Shown: one piece after another, positions 27,999 through 37,184 of the stretch | Position numbering within the stretch: position 1 is the first letter of the stretch | How the letters are laid out: the number at the start of each line of letters is the position of its first letter | Assembly (NCBI GenBank): GCA_017555745.1 | Contig: JAFZFU010000026.1 | Coordinates: forward strand, 28,419-92,418 | Source: Bacteroidales bacterium | GTDB taxonomy: Bacteria; Bacteroidota; Bacteroidia; Bacteroidales; P3 | Length of the DNA: 64,000 nt | Reading direction: 5' to 3' | Made by a program: the position numbers and the translations under genes | Notes under the pieces: generated by a model | The model's input: the letters and a program-made list of their open reading frames with translations, nothing else | What the model was told of the DNA's origin: nothing | Database searches by the model: none

Positions 27999-28642
27999 TA
28001 AAACCAGTATCCCAATTGAAAAATAAATGCACGAACAGTAGTGGAAATAGATTCTTCGCGGTCGCGACGATGGCGAGTGGCTATTACCACCGAATGATCT
28101 ACAACATCATAATTTAGACCTTGTATATCCATACCAAAAGATAGTTCGATACGGCGATACGATATCCCCATCAAAATACTCGAATATAAACCATGACCGG
28201 ATATGAATCTGAAATCTTCGCCTGTACGGTATTGACTTAGCATGTCTACAGTTATTTTGTTGCCAAAGCGATAACCGATTTTGGCATCGAAAAATATACC
28301 GCTCTTTTTTTCTTCTCCAAAGAAGTAGCGTGCTGCGGCATATATTGGTACATTAAAATATTTATTGTCAAATTTTCCTTCGCCTTCTAAATCGTAGTTC
28401 CATGTGCTGACACCGATACCACCACCTAAGAATAGATTGGGATTGATGGTAAAGAATGCTGTACCACTTAGCATCGGACGATTGTTTATTTGAAAATCTT
28501 CGGTGCCCGTAGAGAATGCCCCTAAATTGGCATTAACTGCAATTGACAATGGGAAACTGTATTCATTCGAAAACGAATCTTGAGAATACACATTAGAGTT
28601 TATAGCCCAAACTACTAATACGATAGATATGATTTTCTTCAT
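27998..28642 (-). CDS. Small outer-membrane beta-barrel protein (OmpW/porin-like, unnamed)
   Basis: Signal peptide. Alternating beta-strand pattern. C-terminal aromatic residues (FQLGYWF). Confidence 0.4.
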   Translation of the reverse strand: MKKIISIVLVVWAINSNVYSQDSFSNEYSFPLSIAVNANLGAFSTGTEDFQINNRPMLSGTAFFTINPNLFLGGGIGVSTWNYDLEGEGKFDNKYFNVPIYAAARYFFGEEKKSGIFFDAKIGYRFGNKITVDMLSQYRTGEDFRFISGHGLYSSILMGISYRRIELSFGMDIQGLNYDVVDHSVVIATRHRRDREESISTTVRAFIFQLGYWF

Positions 28643-28654
28643 GATATATTGGTT

Positions 28655-29065
28655 TTAAATGTTGGTATTTTCATAATTTTTGATGGCTGTTTTTATGCTT
28701 TCGGGTATCACTGCCGACGAGTTGTGTATGCGATTATAGCCTGACATTACAGTTTTGCATGTCGCTTTTATTTGGTCGCCACATATGATGTGTTGCAATA
28801 CTTCCAAACTTTTGTTGCCAAACCTTGTTACTTTTGTGCATACTTCGGGATTGTCGTTACGTGTTATTTGTCCCAAGAAGTCCACTTCATAATGCACTAT
28901 CACAATGGTAGTTTCTTCTTTTTCTACATATATTTTGGCAGCATCAAAGTACTTCATTTTGCCATAATCAAAGAATTCCATTATAACAGCATTATTTACA
29001 TGCCCCATCATATCTATGTCGTTGAAGCGTAGTTGAAGTGGCAATTTATGCGTAAATGTTTCCAT
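28655..29065 (-). CDS. 4HBT/YbgC-type acyl-CoA thioesterase
   Basis: 136 aa hotdog-fold pattern: RFNDIDMMGHVNNAVIMEFFDYG. Confidence 0.7.
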   Translation of the reverse strand: METFTHKLPLQLRFNDIDMMGHVNNAVIMEFFDYGKMKYFDAAKIYVEKEETTIVIVHYEVDFLGQITRNDNPEVCTKVTRFGNKSLEVLQHIICGDQIKATCKTVMSGYNRIHNSSAVIPESIKTAIKNYENTNI

Positions 29066-29074
29066 CGCTATAGT

Positions 29075-30106
29075 CTATTTATTCTGTTTCAATTGTTTTT
29101 CCAATTCGGATATACGTTTCTCCATATCTTCGAGTTTGCGCTCGTATACGTATATCTTTCTCATTTTATTCACTTCCTGAGCCGGCGAGCCAAGTATTGT
29201 TATATCCGATTTTATATTACGTGTTACTCCTGATTGGGCTCCTACAATTACTCTGTCGCCCACTTCGATGTGGCCTACCACACCTACTTGTCCTGCCAAT
29301 ATACAGTTTTTACCCACTTTCGACGAGCCTGCCAATCCGGTTTGAGCAGCCATGGCAGTGTTTTCGCCTACTACCACATTATGGGCTATTTGACACAAAT
29401 TGTCTATCTTTACACCTTGGCGTATAATGGTAGAGCCCAAAGTGGCACGGTCGATACAAGTATTGGCACCCACTTCCACTTTGTCTTCTATTATCACGTT
29501 ACCTATCTGCGCCACCTTACTGTAGACGTCTTCTCCGCCTTGCGGAGCAAAACCAAAGCCGTCAGCACCTATTACAGCACCGGCATGTATTATACATTCG
29601 TTGCCTATAAGGTTGTTGGAATAAACTTTAACACCGGCAAACAATGTGGTTTTGGCGCCTATGCGACTATTATCGCCAACATAGCATTGCGGATATATTT
29701 TAGTGTTGTCGCCTATAACCACATTTTCGCCTATGTAGGCGTATTCTCCAACATAGCAGTTTTGGCCTATCTTGGCAGAGGGATGTATAAAGGCTTGCGA
29801 TGATATACCTGTTTTGTTGAGTTGTATTTCGTTGTATACCGACAATAATTGAGCAAATGCCATATAAGGGTTGGCAACACGCAACAAAGTGGTGCTTACC
29901 TCACGTTCGGCCACAAAATCGTTGGCTACTATCACTAACGAAGCCTTGGTGTCATATATATAATGTGTATATTTGGGATTAGCCAAGAAAGATAATCCTC
30001 CTTCTTCGCCTTCTTCTATCTTGCAAAGTTTGTCGACAAAAATATTTTCGTCGCCTTCTATGGTACCTTGCAGCATTTGAGCTATTTCTTTTGCAGCAAA
30101 TTTCAT
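29075..30106 (-). CDS. lpxD: UDP-3-O-(3-hydroxyacyl)glucosamine N-acyltransferase
   Basis: N-terminal LpxD domain (ELAQML-like [12 protein letters not shown]), long left-handed beta-helix hexapeptide repeats, C-terminal coiled coil. Confidence 0.95.
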   Translation of the reverse strand: MKFAAKEIAQMLQGTIEGDENIFVDKLCKIEEGEEGGLSFLANPKYTHYIYDTKASLVIVANDFVAEREVSTTLLRVANPYMAFAQLLSVYNEIQLNKTGISSQAFIHPSAKIGQNCYVGEYAYIGENVVIGDNTKIYPQCYVGDNSRIGAKTTLFAGVKVYSNNLIGNECIIHAGAVIGADGFGFAPQGGEDVYSKVAQIGNVIIEDKVEVGANTCIDRATLGSTIIRQGVKIDNLCQIAHNVVVGENTAMAAQTGLAGSSKVGKNCILAGQVGVVGHIEVGDRVIVGAQSGVTRNIKSDITILGSPAQEVNKMRKIYVYERKLEDMEKRISELEKQLKQNK

Positions 30107-30193
30107 TATTTACAATTTATTTATCTATATTATTAACCACAATTGTCTATATACAAATATATTATCTAATTGTGTTATATTTTATTTCATATG

Positions 30194-30201
30194 CAAATAT
30201 A
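30194..30201 (-). promoter_or_regulatory. -7 box for lpxD operon
   Basis: Minus-strand TATATTTG. Confidence 0.4.
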
Positions 30202-30209
30202 CTTTATAA

Positions 30210-31112
30210 TTACCGAACAGACAAGTATGGTTTTATTTTTTCGTAAGTATCGTTGTCTATTATCGTAATATTTTTCAAATCAACCACGTTGTCAAATGTA
30301 TTCCCAAGGTCGCGATACTTTATTATCGCCTTGGCTTGATAGTAGTTTAAGTATGGGTGATGGTTTAGTTGTTGCAGTGTGGCAGTATTGATGTTTATGG
30401 TTGTAAGTATATCAGAATCCACTATTATATGCTTGCTTATTTTGGAGTATAATTCCTCGGTCATTCCATATACTTCCAACAACTGTTCCTTATGGTGAAA
30501 ACCACCCAATAAGTTGCGGTATTTTATTATCCTTGCAGCGAATACCGAGCCTATTCCACGTAACTCTTTTAGGTCGGTGGTGTCGGCAGTGTTTAGTTCT
30601 ACCACATAAACATATTCTTTACGGACAATACTATGGCTCCGATTTATATGCGATGGAAGTGAGTCGGTAGATTTTATCTCGATATATGGCTCTATTATTG
30701 TGTATTCTTCTTCGCCTATGAAAAATATTTTCTTTACATCTTCTTTCGTTTTAAACACAGTGCCTGCTTTGCGATAGTTGTCCAATGCTTTGGCTTGCTT
30801 TGGGCTAAAGCCCATCTTTACCCATCCTTCTGTCGGTAAAGTATTAGGGTCGAATGTGAATGGTTTTATGCGATTGGCAGTATGTTGAGACGAGTATTTA
30901 AAATCATTTTTCGTATAAACACTATCGGTAAGCAATACTTGTTCGTATTCTTTTATCGAATCAATAAAAGCAGTATATTTCGTAACGTCAGGTCGGCGCA
31001 GAGGCAAGAGAGCAACAATGGATAACACTATCAGCAGTATTACCATCAGTAAGACGAAACCTCTCCGCTCCGTTTGAGTAAACGAATAAAAATATTTACC
31101 TTCAGTTGCCAT
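30210..31112 (-). CDS. Membrane-anchored helix-hairpin-helix (ComEA-like) DNA-binding protein
   Basis: TM anchor followed by repeated HhH units (LKELRGIGSVFAARIIKYR, LNYYQAKAIIKYR). Start set to ATG 31112, just downstream of a TAccTTTG box at 31135..31142(-). Confidence 0.6.
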   Translation of the reverse strand: MATEGKYFYSFTQTERRGFVLLMVILLIVLSIVALLPLRRPDVTKYTAFIDSIKEYEQVLLTDSVYTKNDFKYSSQHTANRIKPFTFDPNTLPTEGWVKMGFSPKQAKALDNYRKAGTVFKTKEDVKKIFFIGEEEYTIIEPYIEIKSTDSLPSHINRSHSIVRKEYVYVVELNTADTTDLKELRGIGSVFAARIIKYRNLLGGFHHKEQLLEVYGMTEELYSKISKHIIVDSDILTTININTATLQQLNHHPYLNYYQAKAIIKYRDLGNTFDNVVDLKNITIIDNDTYEKIKPYLSVR

Positions 31113-31134
31113 AAAATATGCATATTTCGATTTG

Positions 31135-31142
31135 CAAAGGTA
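31135..31142 (-). promoter_or_regulatory. -7 box for the HhH protein gene
   Basis: Minus-strand TACCTTTG about 23 nt upstream of the ATG at 31112. Confidence 0.5.
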
Positions 31143-31189
31143 CAAAATTATTTTGATATCACAACTTTATAGTCAATTTTATTATTAAA

Positions 31190-31384
31190 GGCAACTTCTA
31201 AAAATTCCACATTTTGGATAATTAGAAGAATATTCTTTAAAACTTTTGCCTGCTTTGTGTTTTTTCTTGAAATATTTCTATTTCTTTTTCAATCGCATAG
31301 CCCGCTATGCTCAATCAAAAGAAAGTAAAAATTTTTTCAAGAAAATTCCGCAAATCAGTTGCAAAGCAATTTTTAGAAATTGCC
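31190..31384. repeat. IR-flanked ~195-bp palindromic (MITE-like) element, head motif GGCAAYTTCTAAAAATT
   Basis: The left end ggcaacttctaaaaatt matches the reverse complement of the right end aatttttagaaattgcc. The inner arms ttttcttgaaatatttctatttctttttcaatcgcatagc / gctatgctcaatcaaaagaaagtaaaaattttttcaagaaaa pair around a centre near 31302. Confidence 0.8.
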
Positions 31385-31491
31385 TAAATTGTATATCGGG
31401 TAAAGCGATAATGAAAAAATAAAGGATAATTTCGGATACGATTTAGGGCGATACTTTGATGTTTTTTTATGAGATGTTTACTGATTTTATT

Positions 31492-31700
31492 CATCGGCCG
31501 GTTTGTGGGAAATCTGCATCACGATGTTGTGAGATTTTCCTCACGAGGATTTTTGTACTTCATCGCGATGCTGTTTTATCGTCATCGGGAGGGAATTTTT
31601 ATGCCATATATGGGCATAAAATTGATGGTATACCATCGTGCTCGTGAAACCCTATTGTGAAGTAAATGACAATAGGGTGTGAATAAAACGATACTCTATC
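31492..31700 (+). repeat. Phased-palindrome/hairpin element, copy B (best preserved)
   Basis: Palindrome centres at 31521.5, 31543.5, 31565.5, 31587.5, 31608.5 and 31630.5 (catcacgatg, cctcacgagg, catcgcgatg, catcgggagg, ccatatatgg, gatggtataccatc). A perfect 10-bp stem accctattgt/acaatagggt lies at 31649..31678. Confidence 0.9.
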
Positions 31701-32009
31701 ATCATTTATCTGCCAAAGCGCAAGAACAAAAAAAAGATTTTCGTTTTACTAAAAACGGGTCTAAAATCTACGTTTCAAAGGAAGTTTTTCTATTTAATTA
31801 TACGAAACGCAAAAATTTTAGAAGTAGCCTTAAAATAGTATTTAGTTTTGTATATTTTATTTTATATTTATTTGAATTTCAATGTTAATACTCCGAATAG
31901 ACAATCCATTATTTCAACCAAATAAAAATACCATACAATAAATAAAAGGTTGATGCGTTAGATAATTTTCGAAAGACAACGCATGCCTATGGGTAACGAA
32001 AAGAACAAA

Positions 32010-32175
32010 GGCAATTTGTAAAAATTACTTTGGCTATGATTTGCGGAATCTTATTGAAAAAGAAATAGAAATAGAACAACTCCAATATAGTAGCAACTAA
32101 TCAGGCTGTTTACAAGACTTAATAGTTTAAAATTGACGCTATTTGTAGGAGAGTCGGATTTCTTAGAAATTGCCA
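32010..32175. repeat. Second IR-flanked element of the same head family (~166 bp)
   Basis: The left end is ggcaatttgtaaaaattactttggctatgatttgcggaatc. The right end atttcttagaaattgcc is an inverted head. The internal attgaaaaagaaatagaaata matches the arm of the 31190 element. Confidence 0.65.
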
Positions 32176-32203
32176 AAACGACAAACAACCTATACTGACA
32201 ATT

Positions 32204-32896
32204 ATGAAAAAAGTAGTAGTACTGACAGGAGCCGGCATAAGTGCCGAAAGTGGAATAAGCACCTTTCGCGATTCGGGAGGTTTATGGGAACAACATCGTG
32301 TAGAAGATGTAGCCTCGATAGATGGTTGGCACCGCAACGCTGAATTGGTACAAGAGTTTTACAACCAACGTCGCAAAGCTATGCTTAATGCCGAGCCAAA
32401 CGAAGGTCATCGACAATTGGTACGCTTGGAAGAATATTACGATGTACATATCGTTACCCAAAACGTAGACAATCTACACGAACGCGCCGGTAGCAAAAAC
32501 ATAATACACCTGCACGGGGAACTAACAAAAGCTTGTAGCGAATATAACCACAATTACATAATAGACATCGATGGTTGGGAATTGAAACATGGTACTTTGG
32601 CACCCGATGGAGGGCGGTTGCGTCCTTACATAGTATGGTTTGGTGAAGCAGTGCCTATGATAGAGCCGGCCATAGACCTATGCGAGCAAGCCGACATATT
32701 TATAGTGGTGGGCACTTCGCTAAACGTATATCCGGCTGCAAGTCTTATACACTATGTTCCTCCAAAGGCTGAATGTTATTTGGTAGACCCAAACGAAGTG
32801 GTCGTAAACCGAAAGATAACCACTATAGCCGAAAAAGCCGGAACGGGTGTAAGAAAAGTGATAGACTTACTTATCGATAAAGCAATTACAATGTAA
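32204..32896 (+). CDS. cobB: NAD-dependent protein deacylase (Sir2 family)
   Basis: VVLTGAGISAESGISTFRD, QNVDNLHERAG, HG and GTSLNVYPAA motifs. The zinc-ribbon cysteines seem reduced. Confidence 0.9.
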   Translation: MKKVVVLTGAGISAESGISTFRDSGGLWEQHRVEDVASIDGWHRNAELVQEFYNQRRKAMLNAEPNEGHRQLVRLEEYYDVHIVTQNVDNLHERAGSKNIIHLHGELTKACSEYNHNYIIDIDGWELKHGTLAPDGGRLRPYIVWFGEAVPMIEPAIDLCEQADIFIVVGTSLNVYPAASLIHYVPPKAECYLVDPNEVVVNRKITTIAEKAGTGVRKVIDLLIDKAITM

Positions 32897-32919
32897 ACAA
32901 CAAACTATAATTAGATATT

Positions 32920-33990
32920 ATGGAATCATTACTATATCCAATGAAACTAAAACCCATATTTAAAGATAAGATATGGGGAGGTAATAAGATAAAAACACAT
33001 TTGGGCTACGATTATGGTGCGCTTGCTAATTGTGGCGAACTATGGTCGCTATCGGGAGTAGAGGGCAACGAAACCGAAATAGAAAATGGTTTTTTGGCCG
33101 AAAACAATCTCAACGAGGTGTTGGAAATATATATGGGCGACCTTATTGGCGAACGCAACTATGAACGTTTCGGCAACGAATTCCCGATACTGATAAAAGT
33201 AATAGATGCCAATGATAATCTATCGGTACAAGTACATCCCGACGATGTTTTGGCACAAGAACGAGGACTTGGAAACGGCAAAACCGAGATGTGGTATGTG
33301 ATGGATGCCGACCAAAATGCCGAACTCATCGACGGATTTAACAAAGACATAACACCGGAATATTTCCAAAAAGTATTGGAATCGGATAAACTGATGCAAT
33401 GCCTCAATGTAGAAAAAGCCGAAAAAGGCGATGTGTTTTTTATACCTGCCGGACGTGTACACGCGCTTGGAAAAGGTTTGCTGATAGCCGAGATACAACA
33501 AACTTCGGATACTACCTATCGAATATTTGACTACAATCGTACTGACAACCAAGGCAACCCTCGAGAACTACACACACAAGAGGCATTGGCAGCCATGGAT
33601 TTTAATGCAACCACCAATGCAAAAACACAATACGAATACAAGAAAAACACTACATTAAAAATAGCCGAATGTCCCTATTTTAATACCAATATGATAGTAT
33701 TGGATCAACCATTGAAGAAGGATTTTACCAGTTTGGATTCGTTTGTTATATATTTTTGTGTAGAAGGAATATGTGCCATACGTTGCCTCGATACCATAGT
33801 GCCTATGCGTGCCGGCGAATGTGTGTTGGTACCCGCAGTAGCCGACAAGGTGGAAATGTTTCCGGAAAACGATGCCAAACTGATGGAGATATATATCGAC
33901 ACACCTGATGATATGAAATTTGAATCGAAAATACACGACAACGATATCTTTGTATCATTTGATCAAAATATGACCGGAGAAACAATATGA
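32920..33990 (+). CDS. manA: Class I mannose-6-phosphate isomerase
   Basis: KDKIWGG, LSVQVHPDD, KTEMWYV, IPAGRVHALG and YDYNR-like (IFDYNRTD) motifs. Confidence 0.85.
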   Translation: MESLLYPMKLKPIFKDKIWGGNKIKTHLGYDYGALANCGELWSLSGVEGNETEIENGFLAENNLNEVLEIYMGDLIGERNYERFGNEFPILIKVIDANDNLSVQVHPDDVLAQERGLGNGKTEMWYVMDADQNAELIDGFNKDITPEYFQKVLESDKLMQCLNVEKAEKGDVFFIPAGRVHALGKGLLIAEIQQTSDTTYRIFDYNRTDNQGNPRELHTQEALAAMDFNATTNAKTQYEYKKNTTLKIAECPYFNTNMIVLDQPLKKDFTSLDSFVIYFCVEGICAIRCLDTIVPMRAGECVLVPAVADKVEMFPENDAKLMEIYIDTPDDMKFESKIHDNDIFVSFDQNMTGETI

Positions 33991-34070
33991 TATACTGAAC
34001 GTTGAACAATAAATAACACAATATGTGCAAAGAAAACGAACATTTTTTTTGGATAGATGTATATTTTGTG

Positions 34071-34078
34071 TATTTTTG
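34071..34078 (+). promoter_or_regulatory. -7 box for the mrp-nifU-pduO cluster
   Basis: TATTTTTG about 27 nt upstream of the ATG at 34105. Confidence 0.5.
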
Positions 34079-34104
34079 CAAACGCTTATAAAAAGAGATA
34101 GACG

Positions 34105-35172
34105 ATGAAAATAACTAACACTCAAGTAGAAATAGCATTATCGCATGTTGATGATCCCGACTTAAAACAGAGTTTGACACAGTTGGGAATGATACAAAAC
34201 ATAGTTACCGGCGACAATACGGTAGCTTTTGATTTGGTGCTTACAACACCGGCATGTCCGATGAAGCAAAAAATGAAAGACGACTGCATTGAAGCAATAC
34301 ATAACTATATAGACCCTGCTATCGAGGTAACAGTAAATTTTAAAGCCAAAGTACTACCTGCCATAAATAAGAACGATATGTTTCCGGGAGTGAAAAATAT
34401 TATAGTGGTAGCTTCGGGAAAAGGTGGCGTAGGCAAGAGCACTGTTGCTGTAAATTTGGCAATAGCTTTGGCAAATAGTGGAGCAAAAGTGGGTCTTGTT
34501 GATGCCGACTGCTACGGTCCTTCTATACCTATAATGTTTGACCTAAAACGCGAAGATATTATGGGCGAAGAACATAATGGTAAAATGTATATGTTACCTA
34601 TCGAAAAATATGGTATAAAATTAATGTCGATAGGCTTTATGGTTGACCCCAACAAAGCTCTTGTATGGCGTGGGCCTATGGCATCTAATGCTGTTAAACA
34701 AATGCTTACCGATACATATTGGGGCGAAATAGATTACTTGGTAGTTGACATGCCTCCGGGAACCGGCGACATACAACTAACTATAGCACAAGTATTGCCG
34801 GTATCGGGTGCAGTGATAGTGAGCACTCCACAACAAGTAGCTCTTGCTGACGTGGTAAGAGGTGTGGAAATGTTTTTGAACAACGATATAAAAATACCTG
34901 TATTGGGCTTTGTAGAAAATATGGCATACTTTACACCTGCCGAACTACCAAGCAATAAATATTATATCTTTGGCAAACAAGGTTGTCGTGCCTTAGCCAA
35001 CGAGATGAATATTCCATTGCTTGGCGAAATACCTTTGGTGCAATCTATAGCCGAAAATGGCGACAAGGGAACACCAACAGCCCTCGATATACAATCGCCC
35101 GAAGGTAAAGCATTTACAGAATTGGCTCAAAATGTAGCTAAAGAACTTTCGATTATAAACGCTAAAAAATAA
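34105..35172 (+). CDS. apbC: Mrp/NBP35/ApbC iron-sulfur cluster carrier ATPase
   Basis: N-terminal DUF59-like domain, P-loop SGKGGVGKST, and the CYGPS and DMPPGTGD motifs. Confidence 0.9.
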   Translation: MKITNTQVEIALSHVDDPDLKQSLTQLGMIQNIVTGDNTVAFDLVLTTPACPMKQKMKDDCIEAIHNYIDPAIEVTVNFKAKVLPAINKNDMFPGVKNIIVVASGKGGVGKSTVAVNLAIALANSGAKVGLVDADCYGPSIPIMFDLKREDIMGEEHNGKMYMLPIEKYGIKLMSIGFMVDPNKALVWRGPMASNAVKQMLTDTYWGEIDYLVVDMPPGTGDIQLTIAQVLPVSGAVIVSTPQQVALADVVRGVEMFLNNDIKIPVLGFVENMAYFTPAELPSNKYYIFGKQGCRALANEMNIPLLGEIPLVQSIAENGDKGTPTALDIQSPEGKAFTELAQNVAKELSIINAKK

Positions 35173-35184
35173 AACACATAAGAT

Positions 35185-35436
35185 ATGACATTAGAAGAAA
35201 AAATAACCGTAGTAGAACAAGTAAAGAATGGTATCGACCAATTACGCCCTTACCTACAAGCCGATGGTGGTGATGTGGAATTTGTGGAAATGACCGACGA
35301 AGGGGTGGTATACGTAAAACTTAAAGGACACTGCGGCTCGTGCCCTCACGCTCTTATGACTTTAAAACAAGGTATAGAAGCTGCTTTGCGTGAAGCCATA
35401 CCTCAAGTAAAATCGGTAGAACGAGTAATGGAATAA
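35185..35436 (+). CDS. NifU C-terminal-domain (Nfu-type) protein
   Basis: LRPYLQADGGDVEFVE...LKGHCGSCPHALMTLK is the CxxC Nfu signature. Confidence 0.85.
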   Translation: MTLEEKITVVEQVKNGIDQLRPYLQADGGDVEFVEMTDEGVVYVKLKGHCGSCPHALMTLKQGIEAALREAIPQVKSVERVME

Positions 35437-35448
35437 CACTCAAACGCT

Positions 35449-36000
35449 ATGATATATACAAAAACAGGCGACAAAGGAACAACATCGTTGGTGGGAGGTA
35501 CCCGGGTGCCTAAATATGATATACGTATCGAAACCTATGGCACTGTAGACGAATTGAACTCGTATTTGGCTGTAATGGCAGAGCATATATTGCCTATAAG
35601 CGACACTTACTACAATCAGTTGAAAAAGATACAACGCGAACTATTTGTAGTGCAAACCTTGTTGGCCACCGAAGATCGTGAATTATACTCCAAACTACCT
35701 CAACTTCCTCAGTCGGCAATAGCCGATATGGAAGCGGCAATTGATGGTATGGAAAGCACTTTGCCAAGATTGCAATCGTTTGTGTTGCCCGGTGGGAGCA
35801 TAGCATCGGCACATTGCCATGTGGCTAGATGTATTTGTCGTCGCAGCGAACGACTATGTGTAAAATTGGCCGACAATGAAACCATAGCTCCCGAAATTTG
35901 TATATACTTAAACCGCTTGTCAGACTACCTATTCTTGCTGTCGAGAATGATACTTAGTATAGAAGGGAAGCAAGAACAGTATTGGCATAGTGGCGAATAA
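35449..36000 (+). CDS. PduO-type ATP:cob(I)alamin adenosyltransferase
   Basis: MIYTKTGDKGTTSL N-terminus, FVLPGGS, LNRLSDYLF. Confidence 0.85.
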   Translation: MIYTKTGDKGTTSLVGGTRVPKYDIRIETYGTVDELNSYLAVMAEHILPISDTYYNQLKKIQRELFVVQTLLATEDRELYSKLPQLPQSAIADMEAAIDGMESTLPRLQSFVLPGGSIASAHCHVARCICRRSERLCVKLADNETIAPEICIYLNRLSDYLFLLSRMILSIEGKQEQYWHSGE

Positions 36001-36056
36001 TTTGGATAACAAATAAAATAAATCTATATTTATCAAGTAATAGAAAGGGAAAGAAG

Positions 36057-36278
36057 ATGTATTGGACATTAGAACTTGTAACAAAATTGGAAGATGCTCC
36101 ATGGCCAGCAACCAAAGAAGAACTTATAGACTATGCACAACGCACAGGAGCACCACTCGAAGTTATCGAAAACCTTCAAGAAATCGAAGACGAAGGTGAA
36201 ATGTACGAATGTATTGAAGATATTTGGCCTGACTATCCTTCGAAAGACGACTTTTTCTTCCAAGAAGATGAATATTAA
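36057..36278 (+). CDS. DUF2795-like small protein
   Basis: LEDAPWPATKEELIDYAQRTGAPLEVIENLQEIED matches the DUF2795 pattern as I recall it. Confidence 0.55.
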   Translation: MYWTLELVTKLEDAPWPATKEELIDYAQRTGAPLEVIENLQEIEDEGEMYECIEDIWPDYPSKDDFFFQEDEY

Positions 36279-36377
36279 TAGAGTGTAAGACAATACACTT
36301 AACGCACAACCTTGTCGCAGAAACGCCTATAGTAGAGGTATTTTTTGCGACAAGTGCGTTTATATATATGTAAGACT

Positions 36378-37184
36378 ATGAATAAGAGCAATCGTAAAAC
36401 AAACATTGTGCAAGGTAAACAAATAGTAGTAATAGGTGCAGGAAATGTGGCAACACATTTTGCTCACGCTTTTTCGGCTAATGGCGATAAAATAGTACAG
36501 GTATACTCGCGAACCATAGACGCAGCACAAAGTCTTGCCGAACAATTTGGAGTAGGGTATACCAACAACCTTGCACGTCTCAAAACCGATGCTGACATAT
36601 ATATATTTGCCATATCCGACGATGCTCTTTTTGATGTGGCCCTCGACCTAAAGCTAAAAGATAAGATATGCTTTCATACTTCGGGAACTGTTGCTATGGA
36701 AGTGTTGGCTCCTATAACCCAAAACTATGGTGTGGTATATGTGCCACAAACCTTTGTGAAACACATAGCCATGGACTATTGTCGTTTGCCATTTTGTATA
36801 GAAGCGGCCAATACCGCAACATTGGAAAAGCTACAAAAAATGGTTGCCAATATTTCGACTAAAGTGTATACACTCGATGGTGAGCAACGAAAATACCTAC
36901 ATCTGGCTTCGGTGTTTGCCAACAACTTTGGCAACTGCATAAATGCCATGGCACAACAGATAATGGAACAAAACAATCTACCCTTTGAGATAATACATCC
37001 TTTGATAGAAGAAACAGCAAAAAAAATACAATACGGAAATCTTTGGAGGCTGCAGACGGGGCCGGCCAAACGTGGCGACAGTGGAACACTAGACAAGCAT
37101 CGACGCTTGCTGGCCGACAACCCGAAATACTTAGAAGCATACAACATCCTAACTCAAATAATAGAAGACAACACTCATAAATAA
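36378..37184 (+). CDS. Rossmann-fold / DUF2520-type putative oxidoreductase
   Basis: [17 protein letters not shown] dinucleotide-binding motif and a C-terminal [10 protein letters not shown] motif typical of DUF2520 proteins. Start set to the first ATG; the track start is TTG. Confidence 0.6.
   Translation: MNKSNRKTNIVQGKQIVVIGAGNVATHFAHAFSANGDKIVQVYSRTIDAAQSLAEQFGVGYTNNLARLKTDADIYIFAISDDALFDVALDLKLKDKICFHTSGTVAMEVLAPITQNYGVVYVPQTFVKHIAMDYCRLPFCIEAANTATLEKLQKMVANISTKVYTLDGEQRKYLHLASVFANNFGNCINAMAQQIMEQNNLPFEIIHPLIEETAKKIQYGNLWRLQTGPAKRGDSGTLDKHRRLLADNPKYLEAYNILTQIIEDNTHK

Noticed and set aside
29234-29803. 189-aa plus-strand ORF
   Set aside because: Antisense to the hexapeptide-repeat region of lpxD. 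Periodic repeats keep the opposite frame open.
31190-31384. Invertible promoter (inverton) flanked by 17-bp inverted repeats
   Set aside because: The whole interior is itself palindromic, unlike known Bacteroides invertons. No TAnnTTTG box lies inside, and no site-specific recombinase gene is nearby. It remains a remote alternative testable with paired-read orientation analysis.
31456-31888. Three small ORFs (63, 63 and 69 aa) in the long non-coding gap
   Set aside because: Two of them overlap in different frames across the 22-bp repeat array and have periodic, repeat-generated sequences. None has a promoter box or a plausible protein pattern.
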